Notes: generated by a model not told the origin, from the sequence alone. DNA of 64,000 nt from an uncultured Patescibacteria group bacterium (GCA_905478415.1 CAJQIG010000004.1:267523-331522), one strand, 5' to 3'. Shown: positions 1 to 10,142, counted from the first letter of the stretch. Translations and numbers: made by a program.

Positions 1-80
1 TTAAGAGCGTTAATGAGAAGTCGCGTCCCAATCGAGTTGTACCCATCATCACCGGTGAGGAGAATAGATTTTATCTTCAT
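1..80 (-). CDS. surE: 5'/3'-nucleotidase SurE, N-terminal fragment; the gene continues beyond the window start
   Basis: The reverse complement of 1-80 translates as MKIKSILLTGDDGYNSIGTRLLINAL, a typical SurE N-terminus (LLTNDDG motif). ATG at 78-80. Confidence 0.5.
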   Translation of the reverse strand, partial: MKIKSILLTGDDGYNSIGTRLLINAL

Positions 81-107
81 AGGGTACGCTTTCTCTGGAA
101 AAATATA

Positions 108-977
108 TTACAACTGTTGATCTCTTAGTTTCTCTAACACCTTGCGTTGTTGTCTATTCAGTTTTTCAGGAACAGAAATGATTAACCGCACATAGAGGTC
201 ACCACGTCCAGAACCTCGAACATACTTCACTCCTTCGCTTCTGAGTCTCACTAGCGTCTGTGAAGGCGTACCAGGCCGAATTTTCAGCTTCAGTTTGCTG
301 TCTAGGGTCTCAACTTCAGTCACCCCACCCAAAGCCGCCATACTAAACGTAATATCGTGATCTACAAAAACATCGTAGCCATCTCGTTTAAACCGAGGGT
401 GTGTCTTTACATTGATACTGATATCAAACTCAGAAAAACGAATTCTGGTACCATCATTGGCTCCAGCGGGAACTTTTATAGTGTGCTTGTTGCCATTGAT
501 CTCAACTTCTTTCTGAACTCCTGTGACCGCTTCCATAAACTCAATAGTGAGCGAGTATCGAGGGCGTTGCTGTTGTCGAGCAAAACCACCTCCAAAAAAT
601 TGTTCGAAAATATCGAAAGGATCTCCAAAATCTGCGTTAGCAAATGGATCTGCACCACTACTCGAAGAGTAACTATACGTAAAGGGACCTTGATTAAACC
701 CACCGGCAAATGGATTTCCACCGCCTCCACCCATACCACTCGAAGGATCAAAAGCTGCATGACCAAATTGGTCATAGGTTTGACGTTTTTTGGTGTCAGA
801 AAGGACCTGATATGCCTCGTTAATTTCTTTAAACTTAGTCTCGGCCTCTTCTTTTTTCTTGGGGTTTTTATCCGGATGCCACTTGAGAGCCTGCTTACGG
901 TATGCCGACTTAAGCTCTTTATCAGTTGCGGACTTAGTGACTCCTAAAATGTCGTAGTAATCTCGTTTCGTTGCCAT
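108..977 (-). CDS. dnaJ: DnaJ-family co-chaperone, class B (CbpA-like): J domain plus G/F-rich region, no Zn-finger CxxCxGxG repeats
   Basis: N-terminal J domain DYYDILGV...HPDKN (HPD motif), a Gly/Phe-rich linker and C-terminal substrate-binding domains. There are no cysteine repeats. Confidence 0.85.
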   Translation of the reverse strand: MATKRDYYDILGVTKSATDKELKSAYRKQALKWHPDKNPKKKEEAETKFKEINEAYQVLSDTKKRQTYDQFGHAAFDPSSGMGGGGGNPFAGGFNQGPFTYSYSSSSGADPFANADFGDPFDIFEQFFGGGFARQQQRPRYSLTIEFMEAVTGVQKEVEINGNKHTIKVPAGANDGTRIRFSEFDISINVKTHPRFKRDGYDVFVDHDITFSMAALGGVTEVETLDSKLKLKIRPGTPSQTLVRLRSEGVKYVRGSGRGDLYVRLIISVPEKLNRQQRKVLEKLRDQQL

Positions 978-1011
978 AGAAATGTATTCTAACAGTAAAA
1001 AGATAAAATGT

Positions 1012-1038
1012 TAAGCAGTTAAATAGATTGACTGCTAA
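1012..1038. promoter_or_regulatory. CIRCE-like inverted repeat (TAAGCAGT-N11-ACTGCTAA) upstream of dnaJ; putative HrcA operator
   Basis: 8-bp arms TAAGCAGT/ACTGCTAA (7/8 complementary) separated by 11 bp, 35 bp upstream of the dnaJ start. The same architecture recurs at four other heat-shock genes in this window. Confidence 0.45.
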
Positions 1039-1059
1039 TATTGAGAGAGTAGTGTGAAA

Positions 1060-1689
1060 TTAGAGGATTTCGAGTGATACAACACTCTTGGTATCAAACA
1101 ACACATCCAGTATTGGCTCTGATAGCCCAATAGTAATATGGTCGGAAAGTTTTTCAAGAGCCATAATGGCAGTTAAATAGTAGAACTCGTCGTCAAAGTA
1201 TACCGTCAAAGCCACCGGTTGCCCTTTTTTCAAGCTTCTTCTCATCTTCTTAACTGTTGTAGCAGTAACAGTTCCCTTTTTAACAATTGGAACCGTCTCA
1301 TCATCCTCTCCTAAGAGGAGATAGAGGGGGTACTCCTCTTCTGAGCCAAGTACATAGATAGAAAGCTTGTCTCTAGCACCTCCATCGGCTTCAATCGTCC
1401 CTTCTTCACCCACATATCCAACCACGGTCACATAATACCCATCTGCTTTTTCATCCCTTCCAAAGAAGGTATTTGGGTACAACTTTGGGAGAATTGCAGC
1501 AAAAGTGGTTGTTCGTTCATTTTCGACGACAGTCACAGCATCTTGTGGTTCCTGTGACATAAAAGACTCCGTCCAAAGCTTGAGTCCTCCCAATAAAAAG
1601 ACTACGACAACAGCTATAAAAGCTAGTTTTGTGACTGGCTTTAAATCAGAAGCAGGCTTCGTTCTTGAAGTGGAGTGATCAGTACTCAT
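1060..1689 (-). CDS. hypothetical membrane-anchored protein (single N-terminal TM helix), co-oriented with the giant surface protein
   Basis: 209-aa ORF with N-terminal hydrophobic helix LAFIAVVVVFLLGGL. It lies immediately downstream of the 1308-aa gene on the same strand. Confidence 0.5.
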   Translation of the reverse strand: MSTDHSTSRTKPASDLKPVTKLAFIAVVVVFLLGGLKLWTESFMSQEPQDAVTVVENERTTTFAAILPKLYPNTFFGRDEKADGYYVTVVGYVGEEGTIEADGGARDKLSIYVLGSEEEYPLYLLLGEDDETVPIVKKGTVTATTVKKMRRSLKKGQPVALTVYFDDEFYYLTAIMALEKLSDHITIGLSEPILDVLFDTKSVVSLEIL

Positions 1690-1707
1690 AGTGGCCTTTC
1701 GAAACGG

Positions 1708-4700
1708 TTAGTTAACCTCTTGCCAGACCAAACCAGGAGTCTTCATAAACTTAGGCAAGTTAACAACAAGATCAGGACGATAGACAAAGGTCGAGACTGG
1801 ATCAACGTTATTAATCGCATTTGTTAATGGATTAGAAGCATTCAAAAAGTCGCGATCAAGCGATACTCCACCAAGACCGACAAAGACTCCAGCTCCAATA
1901 AACTTTCGATCAGTAGTATTTGGGAATCCCAGGGCATCGTATCCTGCGATCACTAAGGAAGTATCAGCCACATACACACCTTCAAGGTTTGTATCTGTAG
2001 TTACCGGAACTGAGTTCGTAAAGTCTTTGGTATATCCTACAGATGCTTCAACGGTAATAGTGCCGTTCACAATAAAGGCTAAGAAATCACCGTCATCAAC
2101 ATTAACAATTTCGCCAATATCATTGCTATCTCGGATAGTCAGATTGCCATTAATCAGTACGACTGCCTTCGTTATGCCGGCCGGAAGCTCGATTGTCGTT
2201 GTTGGGTCGAGAGTGACAGATGTAGGGGCGTAGAAGATTTCTGCAGCATCATCAGGATCAACAGTACTGTAGGTGCTAAAGATATCGTTAGCCTCATCAA
2301 CTGATGATGGGACTGTATTCGTGTAGTCACTAGTTAAAATTTCTCTGACAAAGAAGTCATAGTTCTCATACGTAAGGTTGGTGTGATAAGTTCCTTCAGC
2401 TACCTGTTGGCTTCCAAGTGGTGTTCTGTCCGTCACATACCCCGTTAATGCTCCTGAGTTTATATCGCCACTTCCTGCCATAACTATTCCACCAGAGAAG
2501 TTAGAGCCACTGAGGTCTTGTGTGTCTACAAATGGCACACAAGCGCCACCGGCATTGTATTCATCAATACATGGCTGAGTTATCTGAGAAGCAATATTTC
2601 CAGTAGCTCCATAAACCAAACCGCCAACTGTCTGCCACCAAGGGCCATTGGTTAAATCATAGCGCTCAAGCCAAAAATTCACTCCTGTTTGCTGACTCAT
2701 GATATTACTATACGAACAGGTAAACGGATTACCAGGATTTGTTGGCGAAGGGCATTCACAGGCCCAAGCTTCAGATGGATCATTGTTAGTTAGATTGAGA
2801 CTCAAAGTCGTGCCAGTACCCCAAGCTGTTGAAGGATTGTAAGGAACATTCAGCACAGAGTAAGAAGCTGTTTGTGCTGAATCTGGTGTACCTCCACTAG
2901 CAGCTGAGAGTTGTCTTGTTGTCAAAGCAGGCAAAGCCACTGGAGTACCAGTTGGCCCACTGCAAATTCCAGCACCAGGGTTACCGTCTCCTTCGTAGAG
3001 TGTTCCCGACACATTAGCAACTAAATTAAGTGGAACATCTCTCCAAGTTGAGTGCTCTTGGTATCCTAACTGGACTTGGCAGTCATAGTTAGTAGCTCTG
3101 ACTGCAGCTCGTAGTTGATTGCTTTTGAGAATTTCAGGATTATATGGATAGCCTGGTGTTGCATCAAGCACCCCATCAAAGTTAGTATCAAACTCTGAGA
3201 AAGCCACTATTTTGCAGAAAATTCCTCCGGAACCGGCTCCGTACGTAGCACAACTATTTGCAATAGCTGTTAACTGAGCTGCTGACTTCTGAGCTCCAGC
3301 GTAGGTAATAAACGTCCAGTAGTTGGTAAGTGGTTGACTATTCTCTTGCCAAGTAAATGGCACATTTCCTGGGTTTGTCGACATATTTCTTGTTCCTGTT
3401 GGAATCAGGCTTGAAACAGGGGTTGGAGCTCCACAGAGTGGGGCAGTTACCTGGAGAGTAGTATTATCTTGACTACTACAGGAAGCCCAGCCTGAGCATG
3501 TTACAGAGCCACCTTCATAGGTACAGTTCGGATTTCCCGAACAACGTTGCGGATCTGTTGGCAAGTCACAGTGCAGCTTGTAATCTCCGGCAGGTAAGTC
3601 GGAAATAACTGTTGAGGACGAACAACCCGTCGCATCTCCGGTCATACATCCACCAAGATCCACATCTGGAGTAACAACTTCTTCGATATCAACATTAGCT
3701 AAGTAAAATGGTTGGTTGGGGATATCATCGGAATTATCACCATCGTTATTATAGTCATTTCCAGTAAAGACGATGCGCAACCGATCAATGTATCCATTTG
3801 ATGGCATAGTACGAGTGTAGGAGTATGTTTGTTTCTGCCAAGTCATGTTTGGTGGACCAATCCAGACATCAGAGTTCCAACCATTATTAGTATCAAAGTA
3901 AATCTGGTGAAATTTGTCCGGGTTAACATGTGTTTTTGCCGAGAATGTTAACTTGAACGTTTTACCACTAATATCCTCGCCAAAATCAATCCAACTGGTA
4001 GCAATATGTCGGTACGTCATACGCCAATTTTGTAACTGAACCGTCCAGTCACCCCCATCATTAAACACGTTTGCATCGAGGCCATCACCTTTTTCCCAGC
4101 CAGTAAAGTTGCCAGTATTAAATGAGTTATTCTCAAATTGAATGGGTGATTTATAAATATAATAGTGCCGTCCAGAAGAACTGGCATGAATTGTTCCAGC
4201 AGGAGTAAATGGCTGATTCGAAGCATCAAGTAGCTGAGTGTAGTCTGATTTTGCCACAACTAAACGAGCCGGCTCCGCTCCAGGAGCACCTGAATATGCC
4301 CAACTCGAGGCTGTGACACTATCACCTTGTTCTATAGTTGGGGAAGAAACACTGACTGTACATTGTTTATTATAATCTGGAATTAAGCCAATCATTTTTA
4401 ACCCAGCATTACATCTAGTCCTATTGTAACTAGTCGTGACACTTTCAGTAAATGAAGTGTTCCCACCATAACTTCCAGGACTCATGAGCCAGCCTGATGG
4501 CAAGGTAACATCAATATCTTTAGTACCTGTGCTCTTTGTGGTCACATAGACATACCCATTTCGCATATTAGCATTACCTCCCGAACACAGTGCTGGATTA
4601 CTTCCACAAACAATACCATCTGTCTCGCCATAGCTGCTACAGCTACCATTACCACTCCAATGACACTCACTGCAAGTTTTCGGTGCAGTGAAGCACTGGT

Positions 4701-5634
4701 CTCCATATTCCTGCCCTTCCCATCCCCAATAGTTGCACTCTGTATCTCCGTCGCCATCACAATCTCGAGGTCCCATGTCACAGGTACTACCACTAAATTC
4801 TGAGTTCTGAATATTACAAGTTGCACCCAACTCATTATTTTCAAGATAAAGTTTCACACCAGGTACAACCATTGTATTTGTGGTGTTACAACTGCCATTG
4901 GGATGGATGCGTCGTTCACCACTGTTGTAATCCCAGACACCATTTTGGTTGACATCTTCAAAAAAGGTAAAGGCAATCTTGCCTCGATCAACTTGCACAG
5001 CACAGTTACCACACTGACACTGAGTTGCCCCAGCAGCCTGACAATCTGCTTGTGTATTAAAGTTGCTACACCAACTTGGCCCCGTTGCACCATACCAATT
5101 ACCAGTACAGTTGCCTGGATCTGTTGATGGAGAAGGGTCTGGACTGGGATCTACTGCTCCACCGACCCAACAATCACGCACATCTGCTGGCGCAGTACTG
5201 GTGGAACAATCTTTTCCACCACTTAAACTCTGACACTGAATCGCATAAATCGTGCCTTTACAGGAAGACGGACTATTATCAGTACAATTAACACTTCCTT
5301 CTGTCTGCACACATTCTTTGGCAAAACCACCACTACAAATTTCTGAGCAGGAGCCACCGGTACAACTGTCTAAACAGTCTCCTTGGTTATCAAATCCACT
5401 CTGCCCTGTCGTTGAGCATGTCCAACTTGGCACATCCCCACTCTCCCAGTTAAAACAAAGTCGAGAGTTAGTCTGGCAGGTAAATTGATTGTACTTGAGG
5501 GTATACCCGCAGCATCCAGGCTCCCAACATTGAGCAGCTTTGACTAAGTTACTTGCTCTCCCCGTAAAGAGTAAAAAGCTTGTAGCTATCAGGGCGGTGG
5601 CAAGTAGAAGGGTCAGCGTAATTCTTTTGATCAT
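1708..5634 (-). CDS. giant secreted cysteine-rich surface protein (1308 aa), function unknown; adhesin-like
   Basis: Uninterrupted 3.9 kb ORF. N-terminal signal peptide (MIKRITLTLLLATALIATSFLLFTG), more than 70 Cys spread through Gly/Ser/Thr/Asn-rich sequence, and Asp-rich patches (DCDGDGD) that may bind Ca. There is no recognisable enzymatic motif. Confidence 0.8.
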   Translation of the reverse strand: MIKRITLTLLLATALIATSFLLFTGRASNLVKAAQCWEPGCCGYTLKYNQFTCQTNSRLCFNWESGDVPSWTCSTTGQSGFDNQGDCLDSCTGGSCSEICSGGFAKECVQTEGSVNCTDNSPSSCKGTIYAIQCQSLSGGKDCSTSTAPADVRDCWVGGAVDPSPDPSPSTDPGNCTGNWYGATGPSWCSNFNTQADCQAAGATQCQCGNCAVQVDRGKIAFTFFEDVNQNGVWDYNSGERRIHPNGSCNTTNTMVVPGVKLYLENNELGATCNIQNSEFSGSTCDMGPRDCDGDGDTECNYWGWEGQEYGDQCFTAPKTCSECHWSGNGSCSSYGETDGIVCGSNPALCSGGNANMRNGYVYVTTKSTGTKDIDVTLPSGWLMSPGSYGGNTSFTESVTTSYNRTRCNAGLKMIGLIPDYNKQCTVSVSSPTIEQGDSVTASSWAYSGAPGAEPARLVVAKSDYTQLLDASNQPFTPAGTIHASSSGRHYYIYKSPIQFENNSFNTGNFTGWEKGDGLDANVFNDGGDWTVQLQNWRMTYRHIATSWIDFGEDISGKTFKLTFSAKTHVNPDKFHQIYFDTNNGWNSDVWIGPPNMTWQKQTYSYTRTMPSNGYIDRLRIVFTGNDYNNDGDNSDDIPNQPFYLANVDIEEVVTPDVDLGGCMTGDATGCSSSTVISDLPAGDYKLHCDLPTDPQRCSGNPNCTYEGGSVTCSGWASCSSQDNTTLQVTAPLCGAPTPVSSLIPTGTRNMSTNPGNVPFTWQENSQPLTNYWTFITYAGAQKSAAQLTAIANSCATYGAGSGGIFCKIVAFSEFDTNFDGVLDATPGYPYNPEILKSNQLRAAVRATNYDCQVQLGYQEHSTWRDVPLNLVANVSGTLYEGDGNPGAGICSGPTGTPVALPALTTRQLSAASGGTPDSAQTASYSVLNVPYNPSTAWGTGTTLSLNLTNNDPSEAWACECPSPTNPGNPFTCSYSNIMSQQTGVNFWLERYDLTNGPWWQTVGGLVYGATGNIASQITQPCIDEYNAGGACVPFVDTQDLSGSNFSGGIVMAGSGDINSGALTGYVTDRTPLGSQQVAEGTYHTNLTYENYDFFVREILTSDYTNTVPSSVDEANDIFSTYSTVDPDDAAEIFYAPTSVTLDPTTTIELPAGITKAVVLINGNLTIRDSNDIGEIVNVDDGDFLAFIVNGTITVEASVGYTKDFTNSVPVTTDTNLEGVYVADTSLVIAGYDALGFPNTTDRKFIGAGVFVGLGGVSLDRDFLNASNPLTNAINNVDPVSTFVYRPDLVVNLPKFMKTPGLVWQEVN

Positions 5635-6224
5635 TTGTGGACAACAACGTTAGAAATAAATCCCCAGAATACTTTCATATCTTCTGGATCTTTTCCAGAA
5701 TTTAGGGCTTCTTGATACTTGGTGAAAAGGTCTTTTTGCTGTTCGAAGACAGCTAGTTGATCTGAAAAGAAGAAAAGTTGGACACTCACTCGAGATCCTT
5801 CGGTCAGTTGTTTAATAAGTTCTGAGGTTGGATACGTCTGTCCAAGTACTTCCCCTACTTCTGTTTCTGCCAAAGCCTTATCGGTAACCAAGTGATGGCG
5901 GTAATTATCAGGACCTAAACTTACCAAGATTGCTTCTTTACCCCCATCAGGCTGAATATGTAGTAGTGTTTCTTTGGGAAGGTACTCATTCCCCGTTTCA
6001 GTATTGACCTCGATCTGAGTTAGAGTACCACTCAAGACAATTTTAGGTTCTGGTTGAGTTGAATCAAAAGTAACGAAACCTTGCTGCTCAATTCCTCCTT
6101 GTTGAGTACTGCTTGAGTTGAAAGTAGCTAACTGACGACTGCGAAAGAAAAAAAGACCCAATAAGCTCACCACTATCACAAATAGCAACACAAGAACAAT
6201 TGGTCTCTGGTTTTTTTGAGGCAT
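5631..6224 (-). CDS. hypothetical membrane-anchored protein; its stop overlaps the start of the giant surface protein gene (ATGA)
   Basis: 197 aa with N-terminal TM (IVLVLLFVIVVSLLGLFFF). The 4-nt overlap with the 1708..5634 start implies translational coupling. Confidence 0.55.
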   Translation of the reverse strand: MPQKNQRPIVLVLLFVIVVSLLGLFFFRSRQLATFNSSSTQQGGIEQQGFVTFDSTQPEPKIVLSGTLTQIEVNTETGNEYLPKETLLHIQPDGGKEAILVSLGPDNYRHHLVTDKALAETEVGEVLGQTYPTSELIKQLTEGSRVSVQLFFFSDQLAVFEQQKDLFTKYQEALNSGKDPEDMKVFWGFISNVVVHK

Positions 6225-6272
6225 CTCTACCTTATATAGTAGTACAGAATGCCTAGTGAATGCAAGAATGGA

Positions 6273-6296
6273 AAAGCCCCCAGCTTGTGGGGGCTT
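6273..6296 (-). terminator. Rho-independent terminator hairpin (GCCCCCAGCTTGTGGGGGC) downstream of lipoprotein gene 6326..7300
   Basis: GC-rich perfect hairpin flanked by A and T runs, about 30 bp after the stop codon. Confidence 0.5.
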
Positions 6297-6325
6297 TCAT
6301 TACTACTTATTTTTAACTATTTGAA

Positions 6326-7300
6326 CTATTCAAGTACTATTATATCTGCTAAAGGAGGATGTCCCGTTTCTGTGCCTACTTCAAAATTTCCTCCAGTTGT
6401 TAAAACATCCATCAATGTTTGAACTGAGTCTGCATGAGGAGCATTTGCCGGAACATTCACAGTGTCACGACCATATGTCCAACCATTTGATCCTAAGTAA
6501 TACCCAGCTGCTATAAAATTAGCATCTTCTTGTGCAAACCTATCAACTGAGCAATCTCCTCTAGAACCAAACACCTGATATGACGGACTGCCTTCTGCTA
6601 CACCATTTAGGTTTTGGCAGGTTGTGTTATCAAACGGTAGTTCTTGTACAAACGAGATTACTTGTCCATTTTTATCAACTCCATACATCTGGACATATAT
6701 AACTTGCTCAACTTTATTCAACTGAGTAATATTAAGTTCTCCATAACCAACTACTTTTCCAACTGTATATAATCTTTTATCAGCAACTGGACCAGCGTCA
6801 CCTTCATTTGGATTTAAAATCCAACTTGTGCCTGCTACATTGATACCATTTGCTTCAGCTGCCACTTTGAAATCTGCTTCAGAAGCAAAAAGACTTGTAT
6901 CTACAGCTTCAGGAAAACCTCCTTTAGTAATTGTTGAGATAATATATGCAGGTCTAAACCAAACATCAGCTGGGTTAGGAACCTCAGTGCTTGCTAATCG
7001 TGAAATTGACTCGCCATCCCCACGATCCACTACTGGAAAGGCAGAAATTACTTCTACCTTCTCGGCGGTTGCAGTAGGAGTTTGAGTTTCTGTCGCAACT
7101 GGCGTTGGCATAAGAGTCGGCGTTTCAGTTGCAACAGGTGTTTCAGTCAATACCACTGTGGGTATTTCTGTTGCAGGAAGGCTCTGCTCAATACTCACTA
7201 TTGTTGGAACAACAGTACTTTCAGCTTCTACCTCAACCTGACAACCCATCAAAACAAATATCAGACTTATAAACAAGATAAACACCATGTGTCTTTTCAT
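6326..7300 (-). CDS. secreted lipoprotein (lipobox LMGC) with Thr/Pro/Glu-rich stalk and a conserved C-terminal Cys-containing domain; shorter paralog of 7496..9106
   Basis: Signal peptide plus lipobox MKRHMVFILFISLIFVLMGC. The C-terminal ~270 aa are near-identical to the C-terminus of 7496..9106; both end in LAD(I/V)IVLE. Confidence 0.7.
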   Translation of the reverse strand: MKRHMVFILFISLIFVLMGCQVEVEAESTVVPTIVSIEQSLPATEIPTVVLTETPVATETPTLMPTPVATETQTPTATAEKVEVISAFPVVDRGDGESISRLASTEVPNPADVWFRPAYIISTITKGGFPEAVDTSLFASEADFKVAAEANGINVAGTSWILNPNEGDAGPVADKRLYTVGKVVGYGELNITQLNKVEQVIYVQMYGVDKNGQVISFVQELPFDNTTCQNLNGVAEGSPSYQVFGSRGDCSVDRFAQEDANFIAAGYYLGSNGWTYGRDTVNVPANAPHADSVQTLMDVLTTGGNFEVGTETGHPPLADIIVLE

Positions 7301-7440
7301 TGGTTATGTGAACTCCTTTTTTTTGAAATTAAAAATATTTATTAAAGATTTTACACTTACTTTGACTAAAAAGCGTTTCTTTAGCCTTGCAAGTGTGGTT
7401 TATTATAACATATATAGGCTAAAATAATCCTTATTGTATC

Positions 7441-7470
7441 AAAAAGCCCCCGTATGAAGGGGGCTTTTAT
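7441..7470 (-). terminator. Rho-independent terminator hairpin (AAAAAGCCCCCGTATGAAGGGGGCTTTT) downstream of lipoprotein gene 7496..9106
   Basis: Perfect GC stem with flanking A and T runs. Its structure resembles the hairpin at 6273..6296. Confidence 0.5.
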
Positions 7471-7495
7471 TAAAAATTATTTTTAACTGTTTAAA

Positions 7496-9106
7496 CTATT
7501 CAAGTACTATTACATCTGCAAGGGGAAGAGCTCCTGTTTCTGTATTTTGATCAAAATTAGCTCCAACCATAAGTGCATCAACAAAGTCTTGAGTTGCCGC
7601 TGCGTGAGGAGCGCTAGATGGAATCTTCACCGAATCAATATCATATGTTATTCCATTATTCCCAAGATAATACCCAGCTGCTATAAAATTAGCATCTTCT
7701 TGTGCAAACCTATCAACTGAGCAATCTCCTCTAGAACCAAACACCTGATATGACGGACTGCCTTCTGCTACACCATTTAGGTTTTGGCAGGTTGTGTTAT
7801 CAAACGGTAGTTCTTGTACAAACGAGAACGGATTCCCATTTTCGTCTACTCCATACATTTGAACATATATAACATCCATAGTCATGGTGGCAGATTTATT
7901 TGTAGCCTCACCATAACCAACTACTTTTGCAACTGTATATAATCTTTTATCAGCAACTGGACCAACGTCACCTTCATTTGGATTTAAAATCCAACTTGTG
8001 CCTGCTACATTGATACCATTTGCTTCAGCTGCCGCTTTAAAATCTGCTTCAGAAGCAAAAAGACTTGTATCTACCGCTTCAGGAAAAGTTCCCTTAGTTA
8101 TATTATGATATGCAGGTCTAAACCAAACATCAGCTGGGTTAGGAACCTCAGTGCTTGCTAATCGTGAAATTGACTCGCCATCCCCACGATCCACTACTGG
8201 AAAGGCAGACGTGGCTTCAACTTCTGGCGCAAGCCAAGTAAGCGTTTCAGGAGCAAATGTTGCAAAAATGTCACCGGTGTCTAGATCTACTGCGGAGATC
8301 GAACCATCGAGGTTTTTGATGACTTGCCAGTACTCAATGCCTTGCGCTTCGGCTAGGTTTTCGAGAACTTCGAGATAACTGAGTGGAACGGATTCACCAT
8401 CCAAAATGTTAGGGGCAAAAATGAACTTTCCAGAACCATCAACAGCCTCCCAGAATAATGGAGCGGTTGAAAGTGTGGCTAAATTGCCTTCTCCATCAGT
8501 AAGGTTGTGAGATATTGCTCCTCCCTGATTGATGTTGATCCCATCTTTACCATCAAAAAGGATGGCACTAACTATTTGGTACTCACCAGCTGCGGTGTCA
8601 AAAACAACAGCATCTCCGGTACCATATGTTGATTCACCGTAATCAGCAGCACCTAAATAGGCAAGTTGAGGAGATACAACAATAAAATTTTGGTCGGAAG
8701 CAAGGCCCAACTCTTGTAAGTAGATAATAATAGCATTCACTTGTTCCCCAGAAAGTTGATACTGCTCAGCGACGACATCAAGTCCTACGATTTCTGATGG
8801 AATTCTTGTTGCCTCTGCTTCAGGTTCTGTCTGCGGAGTTTCTGTTGGTAGTGGAACTGGAGAAGCTTCTTCTCCTTCGGTTTCAATTGGATCTAAATCG
8901 TCTGGTGGATTACCTGCAGCGCCTTCTTCGGCAGGATCTGCGGGGACAGTAATAGTAGGACGAACATCGGTTATGCCTGGTTCTGAACCTGGGATTGGCG
9001 CACAAGCTGCGGCTAGTAGTAAAGCAGCAAACCAAACATTTCGCAAAGTGTTATTGACTCGTATTTTTTCAACTGACATAAGACAGTCTCTTTCTAAGGA
9101 ACCCAT
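7496..9106 (-). CDS. secreted (lipo)protein, longer paralog of 6326..7300, with an acidic Pro/Glu-rich N-terminal region
   Basis: 536 aa. Signal peptide ending LLLAAACAP. The C-terminal domain is shared with 6326..7300, including nucleotide-identical stretches (6499-6657 equals 7669-7827). Confidence 0.7.
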   Translation of the reverse strand: MGSLERDCLMSVEKIRVNNTLRNVWFAALLLAAACAPIPGSEPGITDVRPTITVPADPAEEGAAGNPPDDLDPIETEGEEASPVPLPTETPQTEPEAEATRIPSEIVGLDVVAEQYQLSGEQVNAIIIYLQELGLASDQNFIVVSPQLAYLGAADYGESTYGTGDAVVFDTAAGEYQIVSAILFDGKDGININQGGAISHNLTDGEGNLATLSTAPLFWEAVDGSGKFIFAPNILDGESVPLSYLEVLENLAEAQGIEYWQVIKNLDGSISAVDLDTGDIFATFAPETLTWLAPEVEATSAFPVVDRGDGESISRLASTEVPNPADVWFRPAYHNITKGTFPEAVDTSLFASEADFKAAAEANGINVAGTSWILNPNEGDVGPVADKRLYTVAKVVGYGEATNKSATMTMDVIYVQMYGVDENGNPFSFVQELPFDNTTCQNLNGVAEGSPSYQVFGSRGDCSVDRFAQEDANFIAAGYYLGNNGITYDIDSVKIPSSAPHAAATQDFVDALMVGANFDQNTETGALPLADVIVLE

Positions 9107-9449
9107 ATTTACATGTATTGTGGTATATGCTATTGTTGTTACTTCTTGTGAAGTTAGCCATGTGCATATACTTTTTGCTATGGGCTCTTTGCTTTCTTAT
9201 ACATTCTACATAGAGTCTTATAATAATGCAATACGTAACCGATGCGTATATGTTATGAGACCTGGTAGAAAAAGATTTTGAGTGATATACTCCCATAACA
9301 ATTTTTATGGTGAAAAAGAGACCTTTCTCCTCGTCCATTACTTCTAAAAAAATATGAAAAAAAATACTAACGAATGTTTTAAGTTATCACTATAAAAATT
9401 GGGCTGCTATTACGGCAGCCCAATACAAAATAATAATCAAGCTTCTTAG

Positions 9450-10142
9450 TTATCGTTCAAAAAAGAACACCCAACCTCGATTGATTCGATCAAAGGTTTT
9501 TGCCAATTGGTTGTTGTGAACCCAGCCAAGCTGACTGAACCTCTCAATCCACCACTCTCGGGTCACAATAATCCGATGGGTTGGATCACACACAATTTGA
9601 TGGAACAGCTCCCAATTGGTCAACGACTCCCAGGTGGGAATAATCAGATAGAGCTGAGTTTTGACTACTCGACTAATTTCAGCCAGAGCAAGATCAAGTT
9701 CAGCTGGCACCAAGTGCTCTAACACATGGAAGCTATACCCCGACTCAAATCGGGCTGTTTCAAATGGCAAAGAGGTCAAAGAAGCCTCATACAAAAAAGG
9801 ACGCGTTGCTTGAAGCGATAACTCAGAGATCGCTGTCCTTGAGATATCTACTCCACAAACGTCTTGCGCGCCACTCCGGCGTAACCCTTCAACAATATAT
9901 CCAGGACCACAACCGATGTCTAACACCGGTTCAAAAAGATGTTGACGAATATTTAAAACAGCATCCCGATACTTCAGGATACGCTTTTCAAAATCATATC
10001 CATCAACATATGCTACATGTTCTGTTGAAAAATAGGCTTCACAGTACCGCGCAGGATCTACCTGTGCAGTACGGACTAAGCCTACTTCTTCTTTAAAAAA
10101 CGGAATATCTTCACTGGCTAACCACTGGCGACTGAAACTCAC
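9450..10142 (-). CDS. class I SAM-dependent methyltransferase
   Basis: Motif I VLDIGCGPGY followed by an acidic D at the end of beta2 (GVDIS), the typical Rossmann MTase layout. Confidence 0.7.
   Translation of the reverse strand: MSFSRQWLASEDIPFFKEEVGLVRTAQVDPARYCEAYFSTEHVAYVDGYDFEKRILKYRDAVLNIRQHLFEPVLDIGCGPGYIVEGLRRSGAQDVCGVDISRTAISELSLQATRPFLYEASLTSLPFETARFESGYSFHVLEHLVPAELDLALAEISRVVKTQLYLIIPTWESLTNWELFHQIVCDPTHRIIVTREWWIERFSQLGWVHNNQLAKTFDRINRGWVFFFER

Noticed and set aside
357-947. Plus-strand 196-aa ORF antisense to dnaJ, and similar antisense ORFs (2027..2233, 36659..36970, 18078..18647, 20089..20664 and others)
   Set aside because: They are fully embedded antisense to strongly supported conserved genes, have odd composition (Cys/Phe/Leu-rich from reverse-frame codons) and no independent signals. 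Treated as six-frame artefacts.
9069-9338. 89-aa ORF in the AT-rich intergenic region between the lipoprotein gene and the methyltransferase
   Set aside because: Low-complexity, AT-driven composition with no RBS or terminator support. It overlaps the 5' end and promoter region of the 7496..9106 gene.
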